From assembly GCA_964270895.1 (NCBI GenBank), contig OZ185438.1: 64,000 bases of DNA. One strand, 5' to 3'. Numbering within the stretch: the stretch's first letter is position 1; each line of letters starts with the position of its first letter. A program made the position numbers and the translations under genes. The notes under the pieces were generated by a model. It saw only the letters and a list, made by a program, of their open reading frames with translations, had not been told where the DNA came from and did not search any database. Below, in pieces: positions 40,856 through 54,313 of this stretch. Origin of the DNA: Podarcis filfolensis (taxonomy: Eukaryota).

Positions 40856-42105
40856 AGTTATGTTGAAATGACAACCACATTCTAGTAACTCCTAGTGTGC
40901 AAAACAACCTTCACGTGTATACACACCCACCACATGTACACAAGAGCTTCCCCCATTTAACTGGATAGCACGAACAACTTTGCATGTGTATCCTTTTGTG
41001 CTATTGCTTATGATTTTATTAAAGCACCCACAGAAAACTGGAACACAGGAGAGCTATATATTTATCGTATTAAATCTTTGCAGGTACTTGGGTTGCCTCA
41101 CCTTCCAGATTAAACATTACAAAGCCAAAGATGAATATACTACGTGCTCTACGAAAAATGCAAAATAAAATGTAAGTGCCTGAGAATTCTCATCTAATCA
41201 TTAGTGCAGTTGGTGAATGTATTTTATCATATCTTAACCATAAAAGTTGCTAAAACTGGCTGGGCTAAAAACATAAACCCACCAAACAGAAAAGATTTGA
41301 AGTCTCGTTGACAGAGCAAAATGAAGAGAATGCAACTTCACTCCTCTTTGGCTGGCAACAAATACAGTTTTGGATATATTCTAAATGGAAAGTGTATTTG
41401 AAACAGTGAAAACCTTTGTCTTTCGTTTTCAAATAGATGATTTGATTCCCCCCCCAGTGTAACAATCACCAGCTCTTTGGTAGTTATCTCCAAGTTTATT
41501 GGGCAAGTAGATTTTCATTTTCTAAAGATGCATAGTAGCCATGCAGCCTGGCAATTCTATACTGCCTTGAGTAATATATATCCAAGCCACATGAATAAAA
41601 AAAAATGGTTTAATTTCAGGGATTGAAATCCTAAATGCATGTCCCCAAGGTAATGCATTTGACGGCAGTTAAACAGAGACTATCACAAATAACCGGTAAC
41701 TACTGTCTCCTACCAGACTGTCCGTTTGTTAAGTGATCTATAACTTTCAAATAATTGAGGGATTGTATTTTTTAAGAAAACAAAGTCACTCTATGTATCA
41801 GCACATAAACTCTTATAATTTAACTTATATACTGTAAAAATAACAAAAATATGATCTGTTACATGGCTTCTTACTAGCAGAGTCAACTGCAGAGATTAAT
41901 CTGGAACAACAAAGCACTGAAGCTACCGGTAATTTTTTCCCCTTCACCTTAAAGGTACTGTTACACATGGCTTGCCAAGAATGCATGCAAGTTTATCCCA
42001 CTGATTTTAAACCATGCTCACTAAGTGCAACCATGTATCCTCATGCTTCAGGGGAACTATTCCAGTTTATTTATTTATTTTATAAACCACAGATTTCTAT
42101 TACTG

Positions 42106-42839
42106 TCACCTTCCATTGGCTATTATTACAGACGTTCCAATATAATGGGGAAGTGCAGGCTCCTTGTGAGCCTCAGGGGAAGAGGCTGATGAAGGACTTT
42201 GGTTTTTGTAAAACATATTTACTTCCTCAGAACTCTGTCCATAATTCTCTGCTACGTGTCCTGTGGCAGTACACGAAGAAGTTTGAAATGTGCCATGTTT
42301 GGCTAAAACCCGATGGTAGTTGAGAAGTACAAATGGAACTTGCCCTGCATGCCTAACATCCACAGTGTGATCGTTTTCAGAGTCATGATCAAACTTTCCG
42401 GTCATTCTGTCATCAGGTTCCAGCTCACCTAGATTTGCAGCATGATGGGCAATGTGCTCAAATTTTGGTTCTTTCATACAAATTCTTCTTGTTTGTTCAT
42501 ATACTGTTGGAACTGGGAGAAGGTGATTTAATTGTCCAATAGATTTAGTTTGGAAACATTCAGATTTTGACAAAAAAGAGTTGGCTAAGGAGTTCGAAAA
42601 GGGCTTTTCACTTAAGTTGTTTTTTTCTTGTACACCTCTATTGAAAACTAGCTTATTTTCTTCTTTAATGAGATGATGATGATGTGCTGGATATATTCGG
42701 CTTTCCATTTTGTTGCTGTGCTTTATAATGGTGGAATCATAGCTCTCTTCTTTGTATCTGCTATTTGCTGCTAGGGTGCCACAGCTTGCAAAGCTGTCAG
42801 ATGTACTGTCTTGGCTATATCTTCTGTTTGGTAGTGGCA
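42106..42839 (-). CDS. SIM2: SIM2 exon 11 coding part (long-isoform C-terminus), stop TGA at 42106-42108
   Basis: Polypyrimidine tract with aag| acceptor. Contains VPFVLLNYHRVLAKHG and ends ALPHYIGTSVIIANGR*, against human LPFVLLNYHRVLARRG...LPHYLGASVIITNGR. Exons 4-11 total 1965 nt = 655 codons including the stop. Confidence 0.94.
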
Positions 42840-43881
42840 CTTTGAAAGAAAGAAAAATAAAGTTCTTTAATGAAAGCAGTTCAAGCAACAAAGTGTACTT
42901 TGAACATACAGTAAAGTCTATTTAGATTGGGGACATTCGTTTAATGCTGTTTTTGAGCTTGCTTTAAAGCCTTTGTGCAAATTAGCAAGTAGCTGCATTC
43001 CAAATAGAATCAGGAGGGGGGAAGGAATAACTTATCCATTCCTTCTCCATGCCAAATTGCAAGATGGGAGTTAAAGCAGGTTCTTGGAAACTCTAAATAA
43101 TTAAATTATAGCTAATTACCTTCTGAGGCAACTGGAGCATTATTGGAACTATTTAAAAATGTAATTTTTGTAAACAATTTTGAGTTTTATTTTTTCACTT
43201 TGGATACATACCTTCATAAACGGGCAACATAATCAGATGTAATACATGAAAATGCTTTCCATTTGATTTATTAGGCTTGTTTGTGCTACTTGTGGAACCC
43301 TTCAAAATATGCTCCCTAAAGAAAAGTTGCTATTGTGATCAGTATTGTACCCACAAAAACTCTTTCTTTTCAGATCTGATTCTCTGACAAAACAACAATA
43401 TTGTGAGGACAATGTGGTCCAATTGTCTGCTCTGATGTAGCCCCATGAACTCTAGTGTGAGGGCTACAATATACGGGATTGTCTTAAGCTTGTAGTAGCA
43501 GGGCTACACAATCAAAAAAGATGTGTTGTGTGAATACACCCTAAGAAAATCTAGGAGACCTAAGAAAACTGAATTTAGGCTTCTTGTTAAATTCTTTGCA
43601 ACAGAATTGGGGTAATTTTAGTTATCAATCAGATTTGCATCTTAACTATTATTCTTGCATTATGTTCAGAAAGAAATATGAACAATTCAGGAGCAAAATT
43701 AAAGTATAACTGTAAGTTGCAACTATTTTCAGTCCTTTCCTTAACAACTCATCAGCCTCTTTTTGTTAAAGGTTTAAAATAGCTTTACCCACTACACATG
43801 TTTAATATTTGAAAAATATTTAACATGTATGATTTTTTTCTGGGTATAATAGAGCTTCAGATTTGTTCATTTAATACACAC

Positions 43882-44293
43882 CTTCATAACTCTGTAAGAG
43901 ATTATGGCGTACGCTGCTTGCTGACTGATCGGAAGGACTTTTCGATGGTGACTGACTGCCTCCTGGAACAAGAGAATTGGCATAGTGCCACTGGCACTCT
44001 CCACTTGTCTGCAAAGTACTTAAGAAAAATCGAGCTACTTCGCAAGGTGTTCCTTGAGATTGCCCAAATTTAGAAGGCAGCATTTGTTTTTTGCTACTGA
44101 ATACATGAGGGTCTACAGGGAAGTGTCCATAATGGTAAGAGAAAGGTAAGCTGTACGATGGGGTGTATAAAAGTTCGCTGTTTTCTGAATGGAAGGCTTG
44201 TTCTTGGATGGTGGCAGAATTTGCTGTGGAGTTGGATCTCCAGCTTCCAACCTGGCCACATTCCAGTTTGTCTGTCTGGAAGGAGCTGTATTG
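43882..44293 (-). CDS. SIM2: SIM2 exon 10 (412 bp), Ser/Pro-rich region
   Basis: Bounded by cag| and AAG|gtgtgt. Translates QYSSFQTDKLECGQVGSW...LLYTPSYSLPFSYHYGHFP...PCEVARFFLSTL...HNLLQSYE(V). Confidence 0.95.
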
Positions 44294-45698
44294 CTGAAAA
44301 AGCAAATAAAAAGAAAGAAAAGTGTTTAATAGCTGACTCTGAAATCTGTCAGTATAACAGACTAACAGAGTGCACTGCAGCCAAGTACCACCTTGAACTG
44401 CAGTCACACCAGTTCATATAAACTAAGAGAAGTTGGCAGCACTTAATTTCTAAAGAGAGGAACTGGAGCACAAGCCTTTCTGGCATTTTTCTGGAAGCTC
44501 TGCTCCTTAATCCTGTGTGTGATGGACAAGCTATAGCTTCAGTGGTGAGGGAGGGAGGCATTCTGCACATGTTTGGAAACACTTTAAAATGATTTCACAT
44601 ATTCCATTTAGCTGGCAAGATTTCAGAGGGCCACACAGAGGTCTGGGGGACCCGATGTCGTGCCCCCCTGCGCTGAGGTGGGAACATCTGCTTCCCATTG
44701 GCTTGTTCTTGATCTGACACACTTATCTTGCTTTGGATTGAAAGCTCAAGGTCACCCCTACCTCCATATTTCAAGTCAGGCTGTCTAATTTTTTATTTCC
44801 TTTTTTCCAAGTGCCTACAAGTTTATCCACTCAAACATTTGCCTGCCCCTATTTTTTCCATTTTACACTTAGAAAATTGCTCAGAAAGAGGTGAGAGCTA
44901 GCTTTGACATGAGGGTCAGCTAACCAGCAATGTGAGCAGCATTGCTCCAAGGAAAGTTTCCTAATGACTGGCACAAAGGCTTTCCACAGCACTGCTGGGA
45001 ATGCTCTTCTGTCAGTCATTTTAAACATTCCCTAAAAGCAAGACTTTGCACATTGCTGGTATGGTGGTCCTCAAGGCAAAGATGGCTTCTGCTCCAAATA
45101 GAAGACAGGTTCCCCAAATCCAATCAGCGAAACAAGACTGCAAGTCTCTCCGAAATGCAGTATCCAAATGATATACTCCCAAACTAGGGAGGAAACTACA
45201 CCAGTCCTGAAGCTGGCAGATCTTTGGATGGACAGTTCAACCTTATTTTATTCTTTGTCCCTGCACTCTACCTTAGTCTTGTTCTTGTGTCTATTGTTAA
45301 CGCTCACCCTGAACACCTTTCTGGACCTGGTCATGTATTGTCTCCTTTCTGCCCGTTTTGTACGATCTTGGTGGCTTTCCAAGCAAACTGTTGCATCTGT
45401 CAAAAGGGTGAATGCTGCTGGTACAACAAGCTGTTGCACCAGTGTAGTTCCCTGAATTGGTTGAAATAATTCAACCACAAGTGATGCTGTACTGCTGCAA
45501 CAGTTCATATTCTTGATCCTCTAAACTTGCAGTAGTCAGTACCCCAAGCAGCAATTGGTAGGATCAGGCTATTAAAAGGAACAGAATTTATGATATTTTG
45601 AATTGCAGGAAATTCCAGTGACTATTCACAGCTACTGTTGCAGATAGGTTGCCACACACTTTTAGCATGAAATGTTGATAGAGGGGAAAAACTACTAC

Positions 45699-45867
45699 CT
45701 GTTGTGGATATGGCGTTGTTCTGAGTTTTGTCTTCATTTTATTACTTCTAGGTTTTGTTGCTTTTCTTGTTTCTTGTGAGGTAGACGCTGAGTTTCTGCA
45801 TGGAAACTGTGATTTAGAAATGGTGACCTGGTCCAATGATAATGGGAGTTCCTTATATTCTATATCT
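45699..45867 (-). CDS. SIM2: SIM2 exon 9 (169 bp), includes the basic...PYP nuclear localisation segment
   Basis: Bounded by cag| and CAG|gtagta. Translates DIEYKELPLSLDQVTISKSQFPCRNSASTSQETRKATKPRSNKMKTKLRTTPYPQQ. Confidence 0.95.
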
Positions 45868-47447
45868 CTGAAAAAACAACAACAGCATTGCAACAGAGGA
45901 ATGGTCCATTTGCATCTTTCTCCTCACTTATGTGCCCCCAAGCATTTAAATTGGGGCTCAGGCCTAAGGTGCCAATGTGATCCTTTGGGCCTCTCTAGCT
46001 GGTCCTTGGGACTCTGCAAGCCATGCATCACCCTACCAACGCTCCTTGAGTGCTCTTGCCTGGCTGTACTGTTTCCTTGAACTATGATAATATCTCTCAG
46101 ATGCCTAGATGGAGACTGTGTGTGAGTGTGTATGTGTACAGCAGGCTGCATTCCAGGTGCACACAAGGTAAAAATCACACCCATTGCTCTATCTACTTTT
46201 GCCTCCAGCCTTGCCCCCTGCTGGCACATAACCCCTGTAAAGTTAACCCTGAGTGTATGTTTCCCTCACACTGAAAAAGGGTTCTCCAACCCTGGCATAA
46301 AGAAAGCTTCAAAAAAATAATACCAGACATGCCACAGTCACTGGACTATTAAAACTGAATCCTTAATGCACAAAGAAATGATAGGAAGGGGTTGGTAGCC
46401 GTGAAGCTAGGTTAGGAGTTCAGTTCAGGACACTTGAACTCCAGACACTGCCAGAGAGGAGTAACTGGGCCACCTCTCACACTTTCACAGCTTTCATTCA
46501 ACTGCCTCTCTAATACTGTGTATGTAAGCAGTTATTTGATATACACTCTCAACCTGTCATTTGTTCATAGTTGTGCAGCTGGAACCCGTTAATAGTTAAT
46601 AATATATTTTAAAAATGGCTGCCCTTCTCCATCCTAAAGTAATAGTCTGCCTCCATGTCATAAGAATAGTTATCTCCTTAGGTTGTTTTTTGTCATCAGC
46701 TGATCTGCACCTGCATTTTCTCCAAAAGAGCTGCATTTATGCCAATGCCATTTTAGTTCATTAATATGTCACAGTGTAGGAGTAGAGCAGGACCAGCCCT
46801 ACCATTAGGCAGAGCAAGGTAGACATCTCAGGTGGCAGATGCTGGAGTGCAGGGGGCAGTAGCAGCATCAGCCCCTGATCCCTACCCCAGCTGTCCCTCT
46901 CTGATGCAGAATAGAATTAGGTGTGTGCAATGCAGCCTGCATTGTGCCTCCTAAGGTAGACTGCTCCCTTGATGTGCAGCAAAAGATGCTGTACAATTGT
47001 CATTGTTGAAATAAGATTTAACTTCTAGTTCAGGCAACCTCTGTACATGGAAAGGGATGTGCCCTCTTCTACCTTGTGTCAGGCAGCAAAACATCCGTGG
47101 CCCTGGAAGACGGACTTCAAGAAAGGTTTTCAATAATGTCGTTTTATGTTATTTGAAATGTAGTCATTCTTTTAGTATTCGATTGGTTGTCTAGAACACA
47201 GTCTTCAGCTGTGAGATTGAAACCCAGAAGTGAGTTGGCCATACCAAAATACTTTCCCCTAGGAAATGATGTCTACCTTACTAAAACCTGATAGAGTATT
47301 ATAAAGCACAACAAAAATATGTATATCGGTGATCAACATTTTAAAGTAACAAAGTGGAAATCAGGATGGAAGAAACAGATAAAGTTATCAACATGAGACA
47401 CTGAATAAAATGAATGTGGTATACAATGGTAGGAAATATGGACTTAC

Positions 47448-47595
47448 GTTAGGACATAATTAACACTCACTATGCAGTGAGGTCGTGATGAGCGGCTGTT
47501 GTGTACAATGGTGGCATAGCTCTGGACCCAAACCCAGCCACTGTTCTTTGACAGCAACCGATAGTACTTGGTTGTGACTTGTCCTTTCACCAACA
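47448..47595 (-). CDS. SIM2: SIM2 exon 8 (148 bp), PAS-B/PAC
   Basis: Bounded by tag| and AC|gtaagt. Translates [49 protein letters not shown](T). Confidence 0.96.
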
Positions 47596-49442
47596 CTATA
47601 AAACATAACATGAAAGGAATTTAATTATACTCATACTCTGCCTTTCCTCCATGAAACTTGAGGTGGCATATTTAAGGCTCCCAGGTGACCTTCTGTTCAG
47701 ACATTGACCCAGACCTGCTTGGCTTAAGAAAGTTTGTTACATCATTGATTTTCAGGCCATACCATTCTACTTTGGTTTATTTGTTTTTTAAAAAGAACAT
47801 TTTACCCTTATAATTGAACTTTCAAGCAAGGGCAGTATTTCGGTTATTGCGACTGAATGTTCTCTTAATACAGGTCTTATCCAATACAAAATCCAATAAA
47901 TAAAACACAATCCTAGATACGTCTACTCAGAAGTCCCACCCAACGTGTATAGGATTGCAGGCTAAAAACTCATTTGAGCCTTCGTTTGTGCTTTCTTGAA
48001 CTCCTGGACTCTGCCTAATTAAAAGTTTATCCAATTCTCTTATAGCTGTAATACAAAATCTCAAACCAAAACGTGTTCTGCCTTCTGCCTTCTTGTATAT
48101 CCTTTTCTTAACATCCCATATTGACTGTAGATTTAAGAATGAAGTGATGTGGAGAAAGAACATTTTGGACTATACTTTCTCAGTGGCTGTTTTCTGACAA
48201 TCATATCTTGGCTTAATAAGCTGAGGTATGAATGAGCCTCATACACCTGTATGTCACTACTCTGCTCCTCTCTTTGTGCAAGACAGGAAATTTGCAGTTA
48301 ACTATAGCTTCCTGTTACAACTGAAGCAGGAAACTATGGTTAATGGCTTCCAAACAAGCCAGGCTATTTAACTTTAAAGCATAATTTTAGCAGCTTATTG
48401 AAAAATAGTGGTTGCTCGAGATCCTGCAACCACTTCCATGAGCAGAGAAACGGGGCACCACAGTTTTGGGAACAAGCAGAAGTCCTGCTCAATACACGGA
48501 ACTAGTTGTCTAGCTTTAACCTAGAGTTCTTTCCTCACAGACCACTTCCCAAGCTTCCTGATGCATGTATTTTTTCAGAAAATTAAAACATCTCTATTAA
48601 GTCGATATGCGTGCCCTGAAGAGAATTTGGATTTTCTTACTATAGATTAGTTCAGCTAAGATAGCCGGTGCCTGAAGGTTCTTTACATTTATTACTCTAA
48701 TAATAATTCAGATAAACATACCCAATTTCCATTATAAATGTTACTGCCTTCCACAGCAGCCATTTGCTCCCAAAGGTGCTGTAAACAGTTGGGAGAGGAC
48801 AATATTTGGTGGGAAATCAATGCAGAGATCCAAAACGCTGCTTTAACTTCAAAATAAAAGTTGTCAGCTTGTCTAAAAAGTGTGAATTATTTGTTGTTGC
48901 TATTTATTAAATTTATCCAGGCAGCCTTTGAACACGTGAATTCTGCCCCTACTGCGCTGTCAGAATACCAAAGAAATTCATTATGATTAAAAAGGAGTTG
49001 CCTAATCTGTAATACGCATGGAATCCAGAGACTTGTGCACAAATATCATTCCTACCCTAGTCATCCTGATAGCTTGGCCATGTTGCTAATGAAGTTCTTT
49101 AGGAAATCTACTAGTACTGGAGCAGCAGCTGTAACAAACTGTCAGTCACTTCGTCTTCTTCCAGTACTAGCTCACATTTTCTTAACTTGAAGAATATGGA
49201 TATGAATTATCTCTGATTCATCAATTTACTTTGCTTTCAAAATTTGTTCCAGCAGCTTCACATATTAAAAAGTTACGCCAATGAATTAATATGAAACCCA
49301 GGTGTAGACAATACATTACCAATTTACATGTGAGTTTTTTACTAGGAAAGCTGTGCCCAGTCATAGTTCCCCAACACTTATACTCTGAATAACTCACATC
49401 AACACCATTACAAAATTATTTTACTTGTTTTCCATTACTTAC

Positions 49443-49549
49443 AAAGATGGTGAGCATATCGTAAATGAAATACATCACATCCATGCACATGGTGGTAGAG
49501 AGTTTTCTCAATCAGGTCCTGTGGCTCATATCCAGTTAATTCAGTCACT
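49443..49549 (-). CDS. SIM2: SIM2 exon 7 (107 bp), PAS-B
   Basis: Bounded by tag| and T|gtaagt. Translates [35 protein letters not shown]. Confidence 0.96.
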
Positions 49550-50370
49550 CTAAAAGAAAGAAATATAGCTAATAAGCAGCATCTTTAAATATTTTACAGC
49601 AACAAACAATTGCTCTCCTTTTCCAGAAATCAAGTTTCCTGAAACCTTCAGAATTGCAGTAAGCCCACAACTTATGCACATTTAAGTTGTGCGCATTCAG
49701 TTTTACGTGCTTGGCAAAAAGCAGTTTTAAAAAATCAAAAGGGGCAGAAAGGGGGTAGGCATCTGAGAAAAAAGACTGTGGCAATCCCACCTGCTATTGA
49801 ACCCAATGTGTTTTGACTATACACAATTTTAGCTTAAGAAGCAATCCCTGGAATGTAACTGCCACATAAGTTGCAGGCTTACAGTATACATTTTTTAAAA
49901 CTTTATTAGCTTCATAGAGTACAAAATCTCAACAATATATTTAAAATACCTATATGCATTTCAGTATAAAGGATTATGCTGAAATATATCAAGCATTACA
50001 TAGCACCGATCTATTATAGGGGAATGCTATAACAACAATTCTCTCTTTTAAGCAGAAACATCTTCAGTGGATGTTCCATTTGGTAAGATAATGGGTAGGT
50101 ATGGTGTTGACTGGTTAATGGGACAGAGGATGAATATTTGCTCACATTCAGAATTGCCAGAGGATACAACTAGCAGTACTGCAGGATAAGATATATGGCA
50201 CAGATGAAATGAATTGTGGGGCCTCCTACGGGGACTCTGGGACAATATTTACAGACTAAAAGGGTACATAAGAGCTAGCTTCCTACTAGAGCAGCTGCTG
50301 GATACTATTAAGTCTCATCCCTGGTCCAAATGTGGCAGTTGTTATTTCTTTGGGATGCATTAAATTTATG

Positions 50371-50493
50371 ACTTGGCCCTCCAGCTGTTTTGGCACTACA
50401 ACTCCCATCATCCCTAGCTAACAGGAACAGTGGTCAGGGATGATGGAAATTGTAGTTCCAAAACAGCTGGAGGGCCAAGTTTGGCCATGCCTG
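50371..50493. mobile_element. Palindromic hAT MITE, left TIR truncated
   Basis: acttggccctccagctgtttt...aaacagctggagggccaagtttggccatgcctg. Confidence 0.8.
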
Positions 50494-51151
50494 GTCTAGA
50501 TGCTTTATTGCTATCTCTTTGCCTGAGTAGGGGTGGGTGGGGGATACATTCTAAGTGTGCTCAATAGTATGTATCAACAATGTGGTAGTCAGTTTTTCAA
50601 ACAAATTTATTACTGTCTTGTGAGCTTCCTTCTGTGCTTAGAGAGCTACTCAAGAAAAGAGTAAGCAAAGATCATTTGCTTAGGAAACCCACAAGTGACA
50701 TTTACCTTTTGCCAAGATTAATGAATATAACAGGAGTGATTAATCTGTAGGGCCTGTAATCAGTTTATAAATATAAGAGAGCATAAAAGAAATTAGATAC
50801 TTGTCTTAGCAGAAGGAATAGCAGTGTCCCTTAAGAGGGATGAAAAGAACATTTAAGTTAGATATTACAGAATAACAGGACAATGAATACTGCAACACAA
50901 ATAACTTGGGTACAAAAAAAATACTAAGGCCCTACCACTGAGGATAAAAGGATAAAATATGCCTTCTTCAGCACCTGTACGATGTGAAAGTGTGATCATT
51001 TCACTGTCTGGACACAAGATTTGCACAGTTACAGCCTTCACTGCAATATAACTCATGTGATAAGCTATTATTATTACAGGTCCTCTCAGCAGGAATCTCA
51101 TGATGTAGCCACAGGGCAAAGCCATCTTGTCTTAACTGGTCTTTAAAGATA

Positions 51152-51480
51152 CCGTACTTTTCTGTGTATAACCTGCCCCCTATTATGGGGGGGCTCAAAA
51201 TTAAGAAAAGGGGGGATTTTGGGGGGAGGATTGCCCAGAATTGTTGAGCACATCGCCAAATCAATCAATCCTCTGTCCCTACGCCGAAAAAAGCAGCACA
51301 TTGGCTGCCCAATTGCCACAGTGACAGCCAATCAACACCAGCCCTTGCCACAGCCACCAAGAACAATCTCCAACTAGCAGCAACCAATCCGATACCCCCA
51401 CAATGCACACTACCCATGTATAAAACGATCCCTAATTTTGAGTAAAAAAACCCCATAGTCTTATGGACAGAAAAGTATGG
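51152..51480. mobile_element. Tc1/mariner (pogo-like) MITE
   Basis: TIR ccgtacttttctgtgtataa...ttatggacagaaaagtatgg, flanked by TA on both sides. Confidence 0.75.
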
Positions 51481-52217
51481 TAATCCAGATTTATCTAGGG
51501 ATCAGAATGCTAAACCCATCCACATGGTCCATCTTGTTTGTCACCCAAGTCTTTGATTATCAATAGATATCAGAGAAGGTGCTATTATTACTTAGAACAA
51601 TGATACTAAAGGGTTAGGCAAGGTTTCCCCCTAACTGGTGCCCGGCAGATGTTTTGGACTTCATCATCAATGGCTGTGCTGTCTGATTACAGATAACAGC
51701 AAGAAAATGCTAATAAACTTTGTGACATTGATTTTTATCCTTTCCTTGGTGGGGAGAGAGCAATAGGGTATTCTACTCAAAAGCCTAAAATATAACTCTT
51801 TACAAAGGCATTATATAGAACTAATTTCCTGTTTGTAATGAACACAGAAGAGGAAATGAGTTAATACAGCAAATGAAATCAAGCACTGCTGAGAGTATTC
51901 ATTTTCCTCTACCACTAAGGTCATGAGTTTGCTATTTTGTCTTGAAGTCAACAGATTTTTCATTTATCTCTCACGTTCAATATCTGGAAAGTTTTGAAAG
52001 TAAGATATAGAAATTTAGTAGCGTGCTTTTAGCCTCCTTTTGAAAACAGAGAAACAAATACTCATATGTCCACACCCCTACCCTATTAACTTTTCAGTTC
52101 TTCTCTACATTGTAACCTCCAGCACTGCTCCACTTGTAGATAATTTTAAATTATTTATCCACTAAAGTGTCAAAATGTACTGCTTAGTTGAACACCAAGG
52201 GAAAGGTCACTTATAAG

Positions 52218-52609
52218 TAGCAATGGGGGAGAAATTGAATTCAGTTAGCATTTAAAGCCAAATTAATCAAATTCACACTCATCTGAATTTTGCTGTGCAG
52301 TTCTCCAACCAATGTTTACAAAAATGCATATATTAGAAAGATATGTATATAAGAATGAATTATCTGTGAAAGCATACAGAAACACATTATATTAGTAAAA
52401 GTTGCTTTTAAAAATCTGTACATTAGTCAAAACTGCACACAAAATTATGTTTAGGAGGATAAATTTCCCTACTAAATTTGCACTAAAATGCTGAAGAATT
52501 TTCATGAGGATTAAAAATAAATAAATCACAAATTGCTACAGAACTGAAGTTAAGACTGGAAAAAATGAGAAGCTTAAAGAATCAAAAATAACAGATCCTT
52601 TCATCCCTA
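52218..52609. mobile_element. Old hAT-like MITE (TAGGGATG-type TIR), AT-rich interior
   Basis: tagcaatgggg...catcccta. Degenerate TSD cttataag / cttatgat (6/8). Confidence 0.55.
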
Positions 52610-53316
52610 CTTATGATCAAAAAATTATCTGTGGCTCACATAGCACAGGCATAATTCAGTGTCTCACGCCAGTACACGAGTCGACCAAAAAACTGCTGGG
52701 TTAACAACCAGTATTCCCTTTTCACTTCACTCTAGATACAAGAGTTTAACTATATATTAGTAATATAAAATGCTGTCAAATACGAAACACCATTGCATAG
52801 CAACTATGAGATATTTTCAAATGTACCCATATCAAATATCAACAGATGTCATGAGCAATATTTCAGTTTGAGAAATATTTACAAAGGCAACTGTTTCTGT
52901 TCAATATCCCTTTCCCTATTATTTTTAAATTTTGCTAAACTGGGAGCAAGACAAAACAAAACATCTCAGTAAAGACAAAGACAAACATGACCAAGAAACA
53001 GCAACACGGCTGCTGACAAAACAGCAAAGGTTGTTATTGTGAATTTATAGTAAGTTGTTGCTTAGACTGCTTTGACCATATTTATAATTAAATGGTCCAC
53101 AAACAAACAAACAATTAGTGTGAATTAGTTTTATTTCTTTTTAACATGCAGTGGTTTAGGGCTGGGTGAGGTATGTTGTACACAGCAGGAACAACAAAAG
53201 AAGAGACTCCTGTTCTATTATTTCTGTGGGAATTCAGCATTTTAGCAGCAAAGGCCTATTTTGTATTAGTTAGGATTCAAGCCAATATTGACATTACATC
53301 TTACAAATGGCTATTT

Positions 53317-53378
53317 TCATAGAATCTTAGAACTGTAGAATTGGAAGGTACCCCAAGGATCATCTAGTTCAACCCCCA
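53317..53378 (-). mobile_element. CR1 3' end fragment
   Basis: tcatagaatcttagaactgtagaattggaaggtaccccaaggatcatctagttcaaccccc is the reverse complement of the CR1 tail. Confidence 0.75.
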
Positions 53379-53968
53379 GCATTCCTATATTATGGTATGC
53401 AAGCTATACAAACTGTGAGCTTAGGAACAAGAGATGGAGCAAATATGGTTTTGTGATAAAAGTACAAACTAAGAACTTCAGAGTCCTGGTGTGTGTATGA
53501 AGTTTTGCCAACAGCTTTCTAGTTAAGCTGTGCCTCATTTGTCAACTTTGTCATGGAGCAACTTAGTACTTCCTCTATTCTCCACTTTGCATAATTAAAA
53601 TAATGTCCAGTCTTCAAAAGACAACCTCAGTCTTCCAGTAATTTTGGTTAACTCAATTTCAACTATTACTGCTAGACGCTACCAAATAAAAGTATTTATT
53701 CCATGAGCAGTGGCTTGGCCTACAGTGATTCTTAAAGTGTCACTTTATCCTATGTTCATGTTAAAGGCTTAACACGTATAACATACAACAAAGCTTCGTT
53801 TTCAAATGCTGTAACAATTCAAAGATAATATTGTTGCTACAGTTTTGTGTGGGTTCTATTGTTCTCTTGCTCTTTTTCAGCTTTCTATTTTTTAGCTATC
53901 TTTTGCAAGTTGCCACAAGCATATGGAAAAATGGAACAGCCATTTTTAAAAAATAAATTTTTACTTAC

Positions 53969-54168
53969 CTTGAATCTAGAAATATCAGTTTTAGATCTAG
54001 GCTTGCTCTGAACATAAACATGTTACTATGGAGTTTGATCTCAGTGATTGCACTCGGAGGTAATGATTGACCTACAGCAACCAGCCCCACAATTTGGTAA
54101 CAGGTATCATACAAAGACATATCCAACATGTACTGACGTATCTTCAAATAGCCACTGCAGTGGATCAC
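53969..54168 (-). CDS. SIM2: SIM2 exon 6 (200 bp), PAS-A end to PAS-B start
   Basis: Bounded by cag| and AG|gtaagt. Translates [66 protein letters not shown](R). Confidence 0.97.
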
Positions 54169-54272
54169 CTGGTATGATATGGGAGAAAAAAGGTACAGTT
54201 ATGAAGGGGAAACGAATGACTAAGATGGCCTCTTGACAATACTGTTTACCTAAAATCTCTAGGATATATTCC

Positions 54273-54313
<41 letters not shown>

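Noticed and set aside
45224-45469. Signal-peptide-like, Cys-rich ORF suggesting a secreted peptide or toxin
   Set aside because: Starts at TTG with no in-frame ATG, and has no splice or promoter support.
45248-45508. QQLVVP resembling the Gypsy integrase H2C2 region
   Set aside because: The downstream HD/GHLG/FYWP residues are absent.
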